From contig NC_090419.1 in NCBI RefSeq assembly GCF_036365525.1, positions 2,294,001-2,358,000 on the forward strand: DNA of 64,000 nt, written 5' to 3'. The position numbers and the translations under genes were made by a program. Shown in pieces: positions 1 to 13,340 of the stretch (position 1 is its first letter; every line of letters begins with the position of its first letter). Source of the stretch: Heterodontus francisci. Its lineage: Eukaryota. The notes under the pieces are model-generated. The model was not told the DNA's origin. It ran no database searches and saw only the letters and a program-made list of their open reading frames with translations.

Positions 1-2090
1 TTTATTATCCCATCAATTGAATGATGACCGTGACTTTATTCCAAGTGCATCTGTTATCAAACCCAATTTAACAATAACGGTTACCTTAAGCACCTGTGCA
101 TAGTTAAACGTCAAATATAATAATTAACGGTAACTCTCTTCGCTGTGTGTTAATTATCAAACCCAATAAACAAGTCATTTTACGTTTAGTCCCTTGCATA
201 GCCGTAGCATTACAAAAAAAAATTAACAAGTAACTCATTTTATTATTCAGTGCATAAACAATTGTCCAATTAACTCCAACTTTATGTCCCTTATTATTGT
301 TTATTGTAATCCAATTTGATGATGAATTGTAATTTTATGCACAATTATCTATAATTTACCATGACAAAGTTAAAATAACTGTTACTTATTCCCCTGTGTG
401 TTGCTTAATTTGTCCGATTTTATAACTAATGTTAACGCTCTAAACCATTATATTAGTTATCGTGTCCAATTTAATAATTTAGTGTAAGATATTAAATGCA
501 ACCTTTTCCACTGTATATTTTAGAAGCCCAGTATAACACCTGTGTTAATTGTATGCACTTGTGTCTTCATAATTATATCAACTTTAAATTAAAGTTAGCT
601 TTTCCCTTGTATGTTGCTTAATTTTATACGTAATTGCACCACCTTTTAATGTTGTATTGTTACCATGTCCAATGTAAGCATTAACGGTAACCTTTAATTT
701 CATGCAGTCCTTAACTCGGCCAATTAGATGATTAACTAATTTTGCACTTAGTATTTTTTGTTACAGGCAATTGAACAATTAACCGAGAATTTGCTCCCCT
801 ACACATTGCTTAACAGATTAAATTGAACAATTCACTATGACCTTTTTCCACTGCATATTGCTTATCAAGCCGAAAATGACGATTAATTCTAGCCTTAATC
901 TGCTGTATTCTTCGAAAGACCGAGAGCAGAATTAATTGTAGTTTTATACACTGGGTGTTGGTTTGAAGCCCAATGTCATAACTAATTCAATGACAATGTC
1001 AGCTTAATTCCCCAAAAGCTTGATGTCATGGCAAAATTAACAATTGTCTCAATATATTCGCCAATGTATTTGTTATAATCGATCGAATAAATAAATGCAA
1101 CCTTATTTCCCTGTGTATTGCTTACCATATCCAATTTAATAATTAACAATGGCCCTGGTGTTTTGAGTATCATGTCCAATTGAACAGTTAATTGGAACCT
1201 TATTCCCTGTGGACTGTTACGAATTCCAATTTTACAATAAACAAACTTTATTCCTTTAGGTATTGGTTGTCATATTCAACTAAATAATTACATGTAACTG
1301 TATTCTCCTGTATATTGATCATGAAGGCTAAATTATCAACCTACTGCATCCTGATCTCCATGTGCATTGTACCAAGCCCAGTAGAACAATTAATATAAAC
1401 TGTTCTTCACAGTGTATTAGTTAATAAACACAATAAACAATTATTTGAAAACTTATACATAATGCATTTATTAAGTCTAATATAACAATTAACAGTAACT
1501 CCATTCCCTTGTGCATCAACTATCATAGCCAATTGAACAGTTAACTGTAACCTTTAAATAAAAGCAACATAGTGCGGATGCAGTAAATATGAAATCAAAA
1601 CAGTAAGTGCTGGAATTCTGACAGCATCTCTGGAGAGAGAAACATAGTTAATGTTTCAGGTCTGTGACCTTGATCTGTTACTGAGACTGTTTCTTTAACT
1701 GTCACCTGATTCACCTGTGTGTGCATTATCAATGACAAAGTAACAATGACTGTAATGTTATTCCATGGTGTATCGGTTATCGTGGCCAATTTAAGAATTA
1801 GTAGCAGGCTTTTCCCCCCGTATATTGTTAAGCAACAGTTTATCATTGACCATTTCAAATTTAAAATTCTCTAAATGCGTTGTCCTTAATATTCCCAATT
1901 GTGTAATTAATTGTTACACCCTTGTAAGGGTGCATTAGTTAGCGTTTCCAATTTAAAATAGATTCCTTAATACGATAAATTTAATGATTTACAAATTTTA
2001 TTAGTTACTGTCTTTATAACACACAATTGAAGAACTAATGGTAACTTAATTCCCCTGCACATTGCTTATCGGGTCAGATTTAATAAGTGA
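1..2090. repeat. Degenerate AT-rich ~50-bp tandem repeat
   Basis: Recurring unit like ccaatttaacaattaactgtaactttattcccctgtgtattgcttatcaag, spaced ~50 bp apart (e.g. near 62, 111, 162); the same unit recurs at 45000-45340. Confidence 0.75.
1556..1685 (-). mobile_element. Penelope-like element terminal (pLTR) fragment, degenerate
   Basis: Reverse complement of the 18290-18420 pLTR (aaagca...gcggatgc...gttaatgtttcaggtctgtgacct). Confidence 0.6.
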
Positions 2091-2099
2091 CGTGAACAG

Positions 2100-2700
2100 T
2101 AGCATGGTGGTAATTTTACTGGACTAGTAAGCCTGAGGCCTGACGAATGATCTGTAGCAAGTGTCAAATCCCACCTGAGCAGCTGGTGGAAGTTAGATTA
2201 GATGGAGAATACAAAGCTAGTCCAGGTAGTTGTGCACATGAAACTACTGGATTGATGTAAAACCACATCTAGTTCACTAATATCATTCAGGGAGGGAAAT
2301 CTGCTGTGCATATGCGATGTGGCCGACAATGACTCCAGATGCACAACAATGTGTTTGCCTCATCAAGAGACTCAGTTGTATCCAACTGCCAGAGAAAAGT
2401 TGGATAAGAATAAAACCAGGCGGACCAGCAACAACATCGGCACCAGACATGGCAAAGCCATTCCCTGATCAGTCCACCCTGCAAAATTCTCCTCATTAAC
2501 ATCTGGGTACTTCTGCCAATACGAAGCCTTTCAAATTGGTCAAGCAACGTCAATCTCCCCAAATCATACCTTGCAGGCAATATCCCACACTCATCCATTT
2601 CGATCCCTGGGTATTTTGTGCCCCAGTGGCGCGAGTGATGGCGATACAAAGGTTTGCAGGTGGGAGGGAATTCTTTTGAAAGTTCTCAACATTGTGGCTT
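2100..2700 (+). mobile_element. 5' part of an old LINE with a tRNA-like head
   Basis: ggtggtaat..actggactagtaa...caaatcccacc head; resembles 56770-57200 and, in reverse, 26655-26750. Confidence 0.5.
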
Positions 2701-2714
2701 GGAGTTGGGGTTAC

Positions 2715-3622
2715 TATATAGGCATGGATAGTTTATGGGTTAAGGAACAGGAAACAGAGAGTGGGGACAAACGGGGCATTTTCAAATTGACAGGCTGTAA
2801 CTTGTGGAATGCCGCAAGGATCAGTGTTGGGGCCTCAGCTATTTACAATCGATGTTCATGACTTATACCAAGGAACCGAGAGTAAAGTCTGAATGTAAGC
2901 TGTGACGAGGGCACTAACAGGCTGGAAAGAGATCTGGAAAGGTTCCGTGAGTGGGCAGCAATGTGGCGGAAGGCGTATAACGTGGGCAGGTGTTAGTTTA
3001 TTCACTTTGATAGTAAGAATAACGAAGCAGAATATTTTTAAAGAGGTATGAAACCAGTAAATGATAATGTTTAGAGGGACCTGGGTGTACTGATACAAGG
3101 AATATAGAAAGTTAACCTGCAGGAACAGCAAGCAATTAGGAAGGCATCACAGCCGATTTGACAAGGGGTACAAAAATGGGGAAGCTTTGACAAAATTGTA
3201 CAGGGCTTTGGCGAGAGCACACCTCGAGTACTGTGCACAGTTTTACTCTCCATCATTAAGGAAGAATATACTTGGATTGGAAGCAGTACATCGAATGCTC
3301 ACTAGATTAGTTCCTGCATGGAAAGCGTTGCCCTATGATGAGAGGCTGAGTAAACTGGGTCTATACTCGCTGGCGTGTAGAAGAGTGAGAGGTGATATCA
3401 TTGAAATATACAAGAGTTTGAAGGGGCCTAACCGGCTTGACACTGAGAGGTTGTTTCCACCGGCTGAGGAATCTACAACATTGGGACACAGTCTCAGGAT
3501 AAGGGGCTAGTCATTTAGGACTGAGTTGAGGAGAAAGTTCGTCACTCAAAGGGTTCTGAATCTCCTGAATTCTCTATGTCAGAGGGCTGTGGGTGCTCCA
3601 TCGTTGAATATGTTTAAGGCAA
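2715..3622 (+). mobile_element. CR1 LINE ORF2 3' fragment, degenerate
   Basis: ORF 3187-3510 LYRALARAHLEYCAQF...RRVRGDIIEIYK...GHSLRIRG matches the CR1 ORF2 C-terminus. Confidence 0.85.
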
Positions 3623-3644
3623 GCATCATTAAAGAAACATCAGC

Positions 3645-3775
3645 TGGCGTGAAGCTGCCCAGTGGAGATGGGACAGTGAAACCAGCAGTCGGCATGAGGT
3701 TGTCCAGTGGAGATGGGACAGAGGAACCATCAACCGGCATGAGGCTCTCAAGTGCTGATTGGTCAGTAGGATCTC
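3645..3775. repeat. 45-bp tandem repeat, ~3 copies
   Basis: ggc(g/a)tga(a/g)g.t..ccagtggagatgggacag repeated at a 45-bp period. Confidence 0.7.
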
Positions 3776-4859
3776 CTGATCCTAGGGTGATTGACAATGT
3801 AAGTGTGAATAACAAAAAGGCAGGTGTAGGGACACTGAGGTGGCGGCGTTGGCAGACTGTAGCTTCTAAGCAAACCAGATGAATGGTGCAACGTCATTTT
3901 ATGAAGAATGTTTGGAACTAAGGTGGGCGAGTTATCTTTGGGAGAAGTTACAACATCAAACAGATTGACGAAATTCTGATATGAGAAGCATTCCATAGAC
4001 TCATTGCATAATACAAAGCAAAAGGAGCCCATCGGCTTGTGCTTGTGCTGGCTCTTTGAAAGATCTATCTAGATAGTCACACATTCCCTTGATCTGTCCT
4101 CATCACGTATTTCCCCAATTCACCCTTTGATATTTTCCTATTCAATCTGCTTCTACCTTCCTTTCAGGTGGCGCATTCTAGAGCACAAAATCTCGCTGTG
4201 TAAAAAGATTCCTTCTCCTCTCCTCGGGCGATTTTGCCGACTCTCAGAACATTGCACGCACTGGTTACTGAATCTCCAGCCAGTCCTTAACTGCTCATTC
4301 AAAAACCCTTGATGATATAGAACCGTGGACCGTCGGTCAGAGTGCGGGATCTTTTGATGAAGGAAAATAGGGACAGATCAGGATCTATACACATCCAAAA
4401 TGTCTTCTTGCAAATTAATTGAGGTTCGCGTGCGATGTGTGCTACAAACTACAGGAAATACGTTATCCTGAACTCGGTATCTGATTTAGCCCCCCACCTC
4501 CACCCCCCCCCCCTCCCTCCCACTAGGATGAACAAACGAGATGGCAGCGTGGGTGACAGGGTAGAAGCTGGGCGAAAGGTAAATCTTCTGGTAGACAATT
4601 GAAGTTGAGGAAGAAGCAGTAGTTTGGATTCTACGCCGAGGAGCGGTTGCTAGCATTTTTTTGTTGTTCCTCTGCTCTATTGCTCAAGTGATGGCATTTA
4701 ATTTACTTCTTCCAGATCACCAAATGCACAATGTCACTACACAACCAACGTGGAGCCTTCCTTCAATCACTTGTGGAGTAGAATGGGCCGATACCCCCTG
4801 GACTTTAGAAAAAGAAAGTGTGTGGTGAACGCAATGAAATACATACAATTGTGAGGGGG

Positions 4860-5200
4860 ATTGAAAGGATAAATGCTGAGATGCTTTTTCGCCCTGGCTG
4901 TGGAGTCTACAACAGGGAGTCATAGTCTCAGGATAAGGGGAAGGCCGCTACAGAGTGAGATTAAGAAAAATGGCTTCACTTCGAGCGTTGTGACTCTTTG
5001 GATTGTTCGACCTCAGACAGCCCTGGATGCTCCATCGCTGAATAGATTCAATTCTGAGATCGATAGATTATTGGACTTTGAGGGAATTAACGGGATCTGG
5101 CGTTAAAGTGGAGTTGAGGTAGAAGATCAGCCATGATCTAGGGGAATGGAAGACTATGTTCGAGGGGCCTAATTGCCTACTTGTGCTCCTGAGTCGAAAC
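4860..5200 (+). mobile_element. CR1 3' end fragment
   Basis: SHSLRIRGRP...VVTLW peptide followed by a CR1 3'UTR (gatcagccatgatct). Confidence 0.75.
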
Positions 5201-6304
5201 GTCTTACAAAGCCAACAGTGGAGGAAACGAACAGACTCACCTTCAGGAGTGAAACTTACAGCATTGGCCAGTGAACCTTAACTATTCTCATTCTGTCTGG
5301 AGGCCAGTGGTGATTGGACTGTAATCTTGCCTGTTTGGCATTTTCTCCCATTGGGTAACGCAGAATGATTCTTGAATGGCTGAGCTGGAAAGATGTGTGG
5401 GAGAGAATTTTCTTGTAACGATTACTCCCATCCACGACATGATGCTCCAGTCATGGAAGAAAGAAAATCTTTGGTATTCATATTACAACTCAAGTTTAAA
5501 CTTATGTTGCAAGCCTTCAAATCCAATCATGGCCTTGTCCCTCCCTATCGCTGTAAGATAGTCCAGAACTAGCAACCCTCCGTATCTCTGTAAGCCCTTC
5601 CATCTCCTATAACCCTCCCAACATATGCACCCCGCTGCCTCCTCGACAAACCTCCACATCACTGCAAACTCCTCCAGCTCCTACAACCCTCCCACGTTAA
5701 GGGTCCTCCCACAGCTTATACAAATATCCATATATCTCTAACCTCATGCAGCATCTGTAATCCTCCATATATATGTAACCTCCTGCACCTCTATACCCGT
5801 CCAAATCGCTGTAACCTCTTACAGCTCTCCCTATCTGTGTAACCCACCTGCAGCCCTCCATATCTCTGAAACCTTCTCCACCGAATAGCCCCCGCATCCA
5901 TGTGACATCCTGCAGCCTCTACAACGGTCTTTATCTCTGTAACGTCCTCCAGCTCCAACAACACACCCTATATATGTAAGCCCCTGAGGCCCCGAGAACC
6001 CTGTATATCTCTGCAACCTCCTCAGCTATTACAACCCTCCCTTCTAAGGGACCTCCTGCAGCTCATACAAACCTCCATATCTCTCGAACCTCATCCAGCG
6101 GCTGCAGGGGGATATACAGATAAGGAAGGTTGTAGGAGCTGCACGGAGCTTACAAATATTTGGACGGATGTAGCGGCTGCAGGGGATTACATATATATTG
6201 AGGACTGCAGAATCTGGAGGAGGTCACAGATAGAGGGAGGGTTGTAAGAGCTGGAGGAGGTTACACAGACATGAAGGATCATAGGGGCTGGTGGAAGTTG
6301 CATA

Positions 6305-6586
6305 GAGTGGCACAGTAGCGCAGTGGTTAGCACCACAGCCTCACAACTCCAGCGACCCGGGTTCAGTGCTGGGTACTGCCGGTGCCGAGTTTGTAAGTTT
6401 TCCCTATAACCGCATGGGTTTCTGCCAAGTGCTCTGGTTTCCACCCACAGTCAAATCGGTAAATTGGCCCTAGTGTAGATAGATGGTAGGGAATATGGGG
6501 TTAATGTAGGTTAAGTATAAATAGGTGGTTGTTGATCGGCACAGACTCGAAGGGCCTGTTTCAGTGCTGTATCCCTAAATAAATAA
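6305..6586 (+). mobile_element. tRNA-derived SINE (HE1/V-SINE-like)
   Basis: A box (tagcgcagtgg), B box (ggttcagtgc), CR1-type tail gaagggcctgtttcagtgctgtat and (taaa)n end. Confidence 0.85.
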
Positions 6587-7789
6587 GTAACCCTCTAGAG
6601 GCCCAACAACTGTCCATATCTCAGTAACCTGCTCCACTCCTATAACAATTCCTATCTATGTAAACCCGTTCAGCTCGGACATCCCTCCATCATGTGACCA
6701 CCTCCAGCTCCTGCAACCCTCACTATCTAAGTAACTACCTGCAGCCCCAAGAACGCTCCATATGTCGGTTATCTCCTACAACTCTACCTATCAATGTAAA
6801 CCCCTGAAGTCCCTAAAAACCTCCATATCAGTTCAACCTCTTCCATCTCCTACAGTCTTCCCAATCTATGGGAGCTCCTGCAACACTCCATATCTCGAAA
6901 ACCTTCTCCAGCCGCATAACCCTCCACATATAAGGAACCACCTCCGGCTCCCACAACCAATCCTACCTATGTAACCTCCTGCAGCCCCTATGATCCTCCA
7001 TGTCTGTGTAACCTCCTCCAGCTCTTACAAACCTCCCTCTATCTGTCACCTCCTTCAGACTCTGTATTCCTCAATACATATGTAAACCCCTGCACCCGCT
7101 TCAACCATCCATACCTCTGCGACCTGCTCGAGCTCATGCAACTCTCTCTAGCTATATATCCCCCGGCAAACGCTGCAACCCCCCATATCTATGAAACCTT
7201 CTCCATCTCCTACAACCCACCATCTATGTGACCTCATGCAGCCCCTACACCCCTTAATATCTCTGTAACCTCCTCCAGCTCCTACAACTCACCCCACCTA
7301 TGTAACGCTCTGCAATCCCTACAATCCGCCATATCTCTGTAACATCCTCCAGCTCCTACAACCCTCTATATCTCTGTAACCACCTCCAGCTCCTAAAAAC
7401 ATGTCTAGCCAAGTAGCCCTCTGCAGCTCCTACAACCGTCCATATCCTTATAACATCCTACAGTCTCTGCAACCCTCCCTATTTATGTAACCGACCGTAG
7501 CCCCTTCAACCATCCATGTCTCTGAAGCCTCCTCCAGCTCCTATAACTCTCACTGTCTATGTAACCCACTGCAACCCCTGCAGGCCTCCATAATCGGCGA
7601 CCTTCTCCAGCTCATTCAACCACACCCAGCCCCCCCCCCCTCCCCGCCCTCGCCAGTATGTGTGCCCTTCTGCAGCTCCTACAACCCTCCATAAAGCTGC
7701 AACCTCCTCCGGACCCTAAAACCCTCCCAATCTCTTTAGCTTCCTCCAGCCACTACAAACATCCATAAATATCTCAAGATTGCTCCCTG

Positions 7790-10700
7790 TGCTAATGAGG
7801 GTAGGAATAGGAGGATTAGGCAAATGAACGCTTGGCAGAAGAACTGGTGTAGGTGGGAAGGTTTCAGCTACTTGGTTCATTGGGATCTCTTCTGGAGCAG
7901 AGGTGACCTGTACGAGAAGGATGGGTTGCATCTAATCTGGAGGGGGACCAACATCCTTGCGGGGAGGTTTGCTGGTACTACTCGGGAGGGTTTAAACTAG
8001 TCTTGCAGGGGGATTGGACCCAAAGTAGTAGTGTTTCAGGTGAGATAGTTAATTCGAATGTAGAGGTTAAAGCAAGCAAGTCCAGTAGGCAGGACGGGCA
8101 GGGGCAGGACAATGAGTGTGGAAGGTCTAGTAGGCTAAACAGCATTTACTTTAATGCAAGAAGCCTTACAGGTAAGTCAGATGAGCTCAGAGCATGGATT
8201 GGTACATGGGATTGTGATATTATAACTATTATGGAAACGTGGTTGAGGGATGGTCAGGACTGGCAGCTCAATATTCCAGGGTACCGATCCTTCCAGCGTG
8301 ACAGAGGTGGAGGTAAGAGAGGAGGGGGAGTTGCACTAGTGATTAGCGAGGACATCACGGCAGCACTTAGAGAAGATATCCCAGGAGGAATGTCCAGCGA
8401 GGCCATATGAGTAGATCTTAGAAATAATAAACGGGTGATCACTTTGACGGGATTATATTATAGGCCCCCCCAAAAGTCAGAGGAAAGTGGAAGAGTATGT
8501 AGGGAAATCACAGATAGGTGTAGGAATTATAGGGTTGTAATAGTAGGTGATTTGAACTTCCCTAATATCGACTGGGACTGCCTTAGTGCTAAGGGATCAG
8601 ATGGGGAAGTATGTGTTAAGTGTATGCAGGATAGTTTTCTAAAGCAGAATGTAGATGACCCTGTTAGAGAAGGGGCTACACTCGACCTCCTCTTAGGAAA
8701 TAAGAATGGGCAGGTGGTTGATGTGTCAGTGGGGGAGCACTTTGGGACCAGTGACGATAACTCTATTAGCTTCAAGATAGTCATGGAAAAGGATAGGACT
8801 GGTCCTCAGATTCAATTCCTAAATTGAGGGAAGGCTCATTTCGATGGCATCAGACAGGAACTCTCAAAAGTTGAATGCGACAGGCTGCTTACAGGTAAAG
8901 TGATGCCTGGCAAATGGGAGGCTTTTAAAAGTGAGATAGGAGGAGTTCAGGGCCGGCATGCTCCTGTTAGATGGAAGGGCAAGGCTGGCAAGTTTATTGA
9001 ACCTTGGTTGACGAGGGCTATTGAGGGTCTGGTCAGGACGAAGAAGGAGATATATGTCAGGTATAGGCAGCTGGGATCGAGCGAGTCCCTCAAGGAGTAT
9101 AGGGGATGTAGGACTACACTTAAGAAGGAAATTAGGAGGGCGAAAAGGGGCCAAGAGATTTCCCTGGCAGATAAGATAAAGGAGAATCCTAAAAGATTCA
9201 ATAAGTATATTAAGAGTAAACGGGTAGCTAGGGAGAGAATAGGTCTCCTTAAGGATCAGTGTGGCAATCGATGTGTGGAGCCACGGGAAATGGGCGAGGT
9301 CTTGTATGAATATTTCTTGTCAGTATTTACCATGGAGAAGGTCATGGAAGCTAGTGAGTTCAAGGAAGGGAACACCGATTTCCTGTAGCATATCAATATT
9401 ACAAAGGAGGAGGTGTTGGACGTTTTGAAGCGCATTAAGCTGAATAAGTGCCCAGGGCCTGACCAGGTGCTTCCTCGGATGCTCTGGGAAGCAAGGGAGG
9501 AGATTTCTGGGGCCCTGGCAGAGATTTGTGTATCCTCATTAGACATAGGTGAAGTACCGGAAGACTGGAGGATTGCTAATGTTGTGCCTTTATTGAAGAA
9601 GGGCAGCAGGGATAAGCCAGGAAGCTACAGGCCGGTGAGCCTTACATCAGTGGTGGGAAAGTTACAGGAAAGGATTCTGAGAGACTGGATTTATATGTAT
9701 CTGGAAAGGCGTGGTCTGATTAGGGATAGTCAGCGTGGTTTTGTGCGTGGGAAATCATGTCTCACGAATTTGATTGAGTTTTCTGAAGAGCTAACCAAGA
9801 GGATTGACGAGGGCAGGGCGATGGACGTTGTCTACATGGACTTTAGCAAGGCCTTTGACAAGGTCCCGCATGGTAGGCTGGTCCAGAAGTTTCGAACACA
9901 TGGGATCCAGGGTGAGCTAGTAAATTGGATACAAAATTGGCTTGGTGATAGGAGGCAGAGGGTGGTCGTGGAGGGTTGTTTTTCAGATTGGAGGCCGGTG
10001 ACCAGTGGCGTGCCACAAGGATCAACGCTGGGCCCTCTGTTGTTTGTCACATATATTAATGATTTGGATGTGAATGTAAGTGGCATGATTAGTAGGTTTG
10101 CAGATGACACCAACATTGGCGTTATAGTGGACAGTGAAGAAGGTTGTCTAAGTTTACAACAGGATATAGATCAACTGGGAAAGTGGGCAAGGGATTGTCA
10201 AATGGAATTTAACGCAGAAAAGTGTGAAGTGATGCATTTTGGGAAGTTAAACCCGGGCAGGACATATAGAGTGAATGGCAGGGCCGTGGAGAGTGTTGTT
10301 GAGCAGCGAGACCTTGGGTGCAAGTAAATAGTTCCCTGAAAGTGGCAACACAGGTAGACAGGATGGTAAAGAAGGCGTATGGCATGCTTGCCTTCATTGG
10401 CCGAGCCATTGAGTACAAGAGTTGGGACGTCATGTTACAGTTGTACATAACGTTGCTTAGGCCGTATTTGGAGGACTGTGTGCAGTTCTGGTCGCCGCAC
10501 TACAGGAAATTTATCATTAAGCTAGAGAGGGTGCAGAAAAGATTCACAAGGATGTTGCCTGGTTTGGAGGGCTTGAGTTATAAAGAGAGATTGGATAGGC
10601 TGGTTCTGTTCTCCCTGGAGCGAAGGAGGCTGAGATGGGACATGATAGAGGTATATAAAATTATGAGAGGCATAGATAGTGTAGATAGCCAGAGTCTGTT

Positions 10701-11012
10701 TCCCATGGTAGGGGCGAGTAAAACTAGAGGGCATAGATTTAAGGTGAGAGGGAGGAGGTTTAAGGGGGATCAAAGGGGTAAATCTTTCACACAATTAATA
10801 GTGGGTATCTGGAAAGAGCTGCCTGAGGAGGTGCTGGATGCAGGAACAGTAGCAACATTTAAGAGGCATCTGGACAGGTACTTGAATGCGCAAGGCATCG
10901 AGGGATATGGAATTAATGCAGGCAGGTGGGATTAGTATAGATGGGCGTTATGGTCGACATGGATGCGGTGGGCCGAATGCCCTGTTTCTATGCTGTACGA
11001 CATTATGACTCT
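7790..11012 (+). mobile_element. CR1 LINE, 5'-truncated within ORF1; ORF2 (endonuclease + RT) broken by stops and a frameshift
   Basis: ORF1 esterase tail (DGLHL); APE motifs YFNARSL and GDLNFP; RT motifs QRGF, DFSKAFD, GVPQGS, FADD; 3' tail tgactctat. Confidence 0.95.
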
Positions 11013-11204
11013 ATATGTAAGTCCCTACAGCTCCTATAGCCTTTTCTATTTATGTAGCACCCTACATGTCTCTGTAACTACCTCCAGTTCCGACAACCAT
11101 CCCTTTCTATGTAACCTCCTGCAACCACTACAACCATCCACATCTCTGTAAACTCCTCCAGCTCCTACAACCGCCCCTGTCCATGTATCCTCCTGCAGCC
11201 CCTG

Positions 11205-12687
11205 CACAAATTTTCAGTTCCACTCTGGCCACAGGAGAGGTGTCAGAGGCTTGGAGGACAGCGAATGTGGTACCAGTATTCCAGAAGGGTAGCAGGGATA
11301 AAGCAGGGATAAAGCAGGTATTTACCAGCTGGTGAGTCTAACATTAGTGGTTGGGAAACTACTGGGAAATATTCTGAGGGACAGGCTTAATCTCAGAGAG
11401 GCAGGGAATAATTAGGACTAGTTAGCACGGCTTTGTCAGGGGGAGACAATGTCTAGCTAACGTGATTGAATTTTTTGTGGAGGTGACTACACGTGCAGAT
11501 GAGGGTAAAGCAGTTGATGTAGTCTACATGGACTTCAGGGAGGCTTTTGATAAGGACCCGCATGGGAGATTGGTGAAGAAGGTAAGAGCACATGGGATCC
11601 AGGGCAATTTGGCATGGTGGCAGGAAACAGAGGGTGATGGTCGAGGGTTGTTTTTGCGAGTGGAAGCCTGTGACCACTGGTGTACCACAGGGATCGGTGC
11701 TGGGACCCTTGCTGTTTGTTGTGTACATTAATGATTTAGACGTGAATATAAGAGGTATGATAAGTAAGCTCGCAGATGACACGAAAATGGTTGGTGCTGT
11801 AAATAATGAGGGGGAAAGCTTTAGATTACATGACGATATAGATGGGCTGGTAAGATGGGCAGAGCTGTGGCAAATGGAATTTAATCCTGAGAAGTGTGAG
11901 GTGATGCATTTGGTGATGACTAACAAGACAAGGGAATATACAATGGATGGTAGGACCCTAGGAAGTACAGAAGGTCAGAGGGACGTTGGTGTGCTTGTCC
12001 ATAGATCACTGAAGGCAGCAGCACAGGTAGATACGGTGGTTATGAAGGCATATAGGATACTTGCCTTCATTATCCGAGGCATAGAATATAAGAGCAGGGA
12101 GGTTATGGTGGAGCTGTATAAAACGCTAGTTAGGCCACAGTTGGAGTACTGCGTACAGTTCTGGGCACCACACTATAGGAAGGATGTGATTGAACTGGAG
12201 AGGATGCAGAGGAGATTCACCGGGATGTTGCCTGGGCTGGAGCATTTCATCTATGAAGAGAGACTGAAAAGGCTAGTGTTGTTTTCCTTAGAACAGAGAA
12301 TGATCAGGGTGGACATGGTTGAGGTATACAAAATTATGAGGGGCATTGATAGGTTAAATTGGAAGATACTTTTTTCTTAGTGGAGGAGTCAATAACCAGG
12401 GGGCATACATTTAAGGTAAGTGGAAGGAGGCTTAGAGGGGATTTGAGGAAATATTTTTTTCACTCAGAGGATGGTTAGAATCTGGAATACACTGCCTGAA
12501 GTGGTGGCAGAGGCCGGAACCCTCACAATATTTAAGAAGTATTTAGATCAGCACTTGAAACTGCATAGCGTACAAGGCTGCGGGCCAAATGCTCGAAAAT
12601 GGGGCTAGAATAGTTAGGTGCTTGATGGCCGGCACAGTGTGGGCCAAAGGGCCTGTTTCTGTGCTGTGTAACTCTATGACTCTATGA
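11205..12687 (+). mobile_element. CR1 LINE, 5'-truncated
   Basis: RT motifs GVPQGSVLGP and LADD, then LEYCVQFW; 3' tail ctctatgactctatga. Confidence 0.92.
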
Positions 12688-13340
12688 GCCCCTATAACCC
12701 TCTATATATTTGGAACCTCCTGCAGTACGTACAACTATCCCTATCTATGTAACCAACTGCAGCACCTATAACCCTTCATATCTCTGTAACCCCCTCCATA
12801 TCCTACAACCCTCTCTATCTATGTAACCCACTACAGCCCATACAAACCTCTGTACCACTGCAAACTCCTCCAACTCCTGCAACCCTCCGACTCTACGGGA
12901 CCTCCTCCAGCTCATACACCACTCTATACCTCTCTAAACTCATCCAGTCCCTATAGCCCTCCATATATAGGTAGCCTCCTGCAGACCTTACAACCCTCCC
13001 TATCTATGTAACCGTCCGGCAGCCGCTACAACTTTCCATATCTCTGTAACCACCTCCAGCAGATATCACCATTCCTATGTATGTAACCCCCTGCAGACCC
13101 TACAACTTTCCATATCTCTGTAACCTCATCCATCTCCTACAGCCCTCCCAATCTATGCTACATCCTGCAGCTCATAATACCCTCCATATCTCTGTAACCT
13201 CCTCCAGCCCGTGTAACACTCCATATATATGTAACCAGTTCCAGGTCCGACAACCCTCCCTATCTATGTAAACCCCCTGCAGCCCCTACAGCTATCCATA
13301 TTACTGTAACATCCTCCAGCCTCTTTCACCCTTTATATAT

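Noticed and set aside
4350-4490. C/D box snoRNA (TGATGA...CTGA)
   Set aside because: No convincing terminal stem, host intron or recognisable guide sequence
5241-5385. Minus-strand exon with good splice signals
   Set aside because: Stops in all three frames and no recognisable product
6305-6380. tRNA genes (also at 15930-16008, 31304-31380 and 60495-60545)
   Set aside because: SINE heads followed by SINE body and tail
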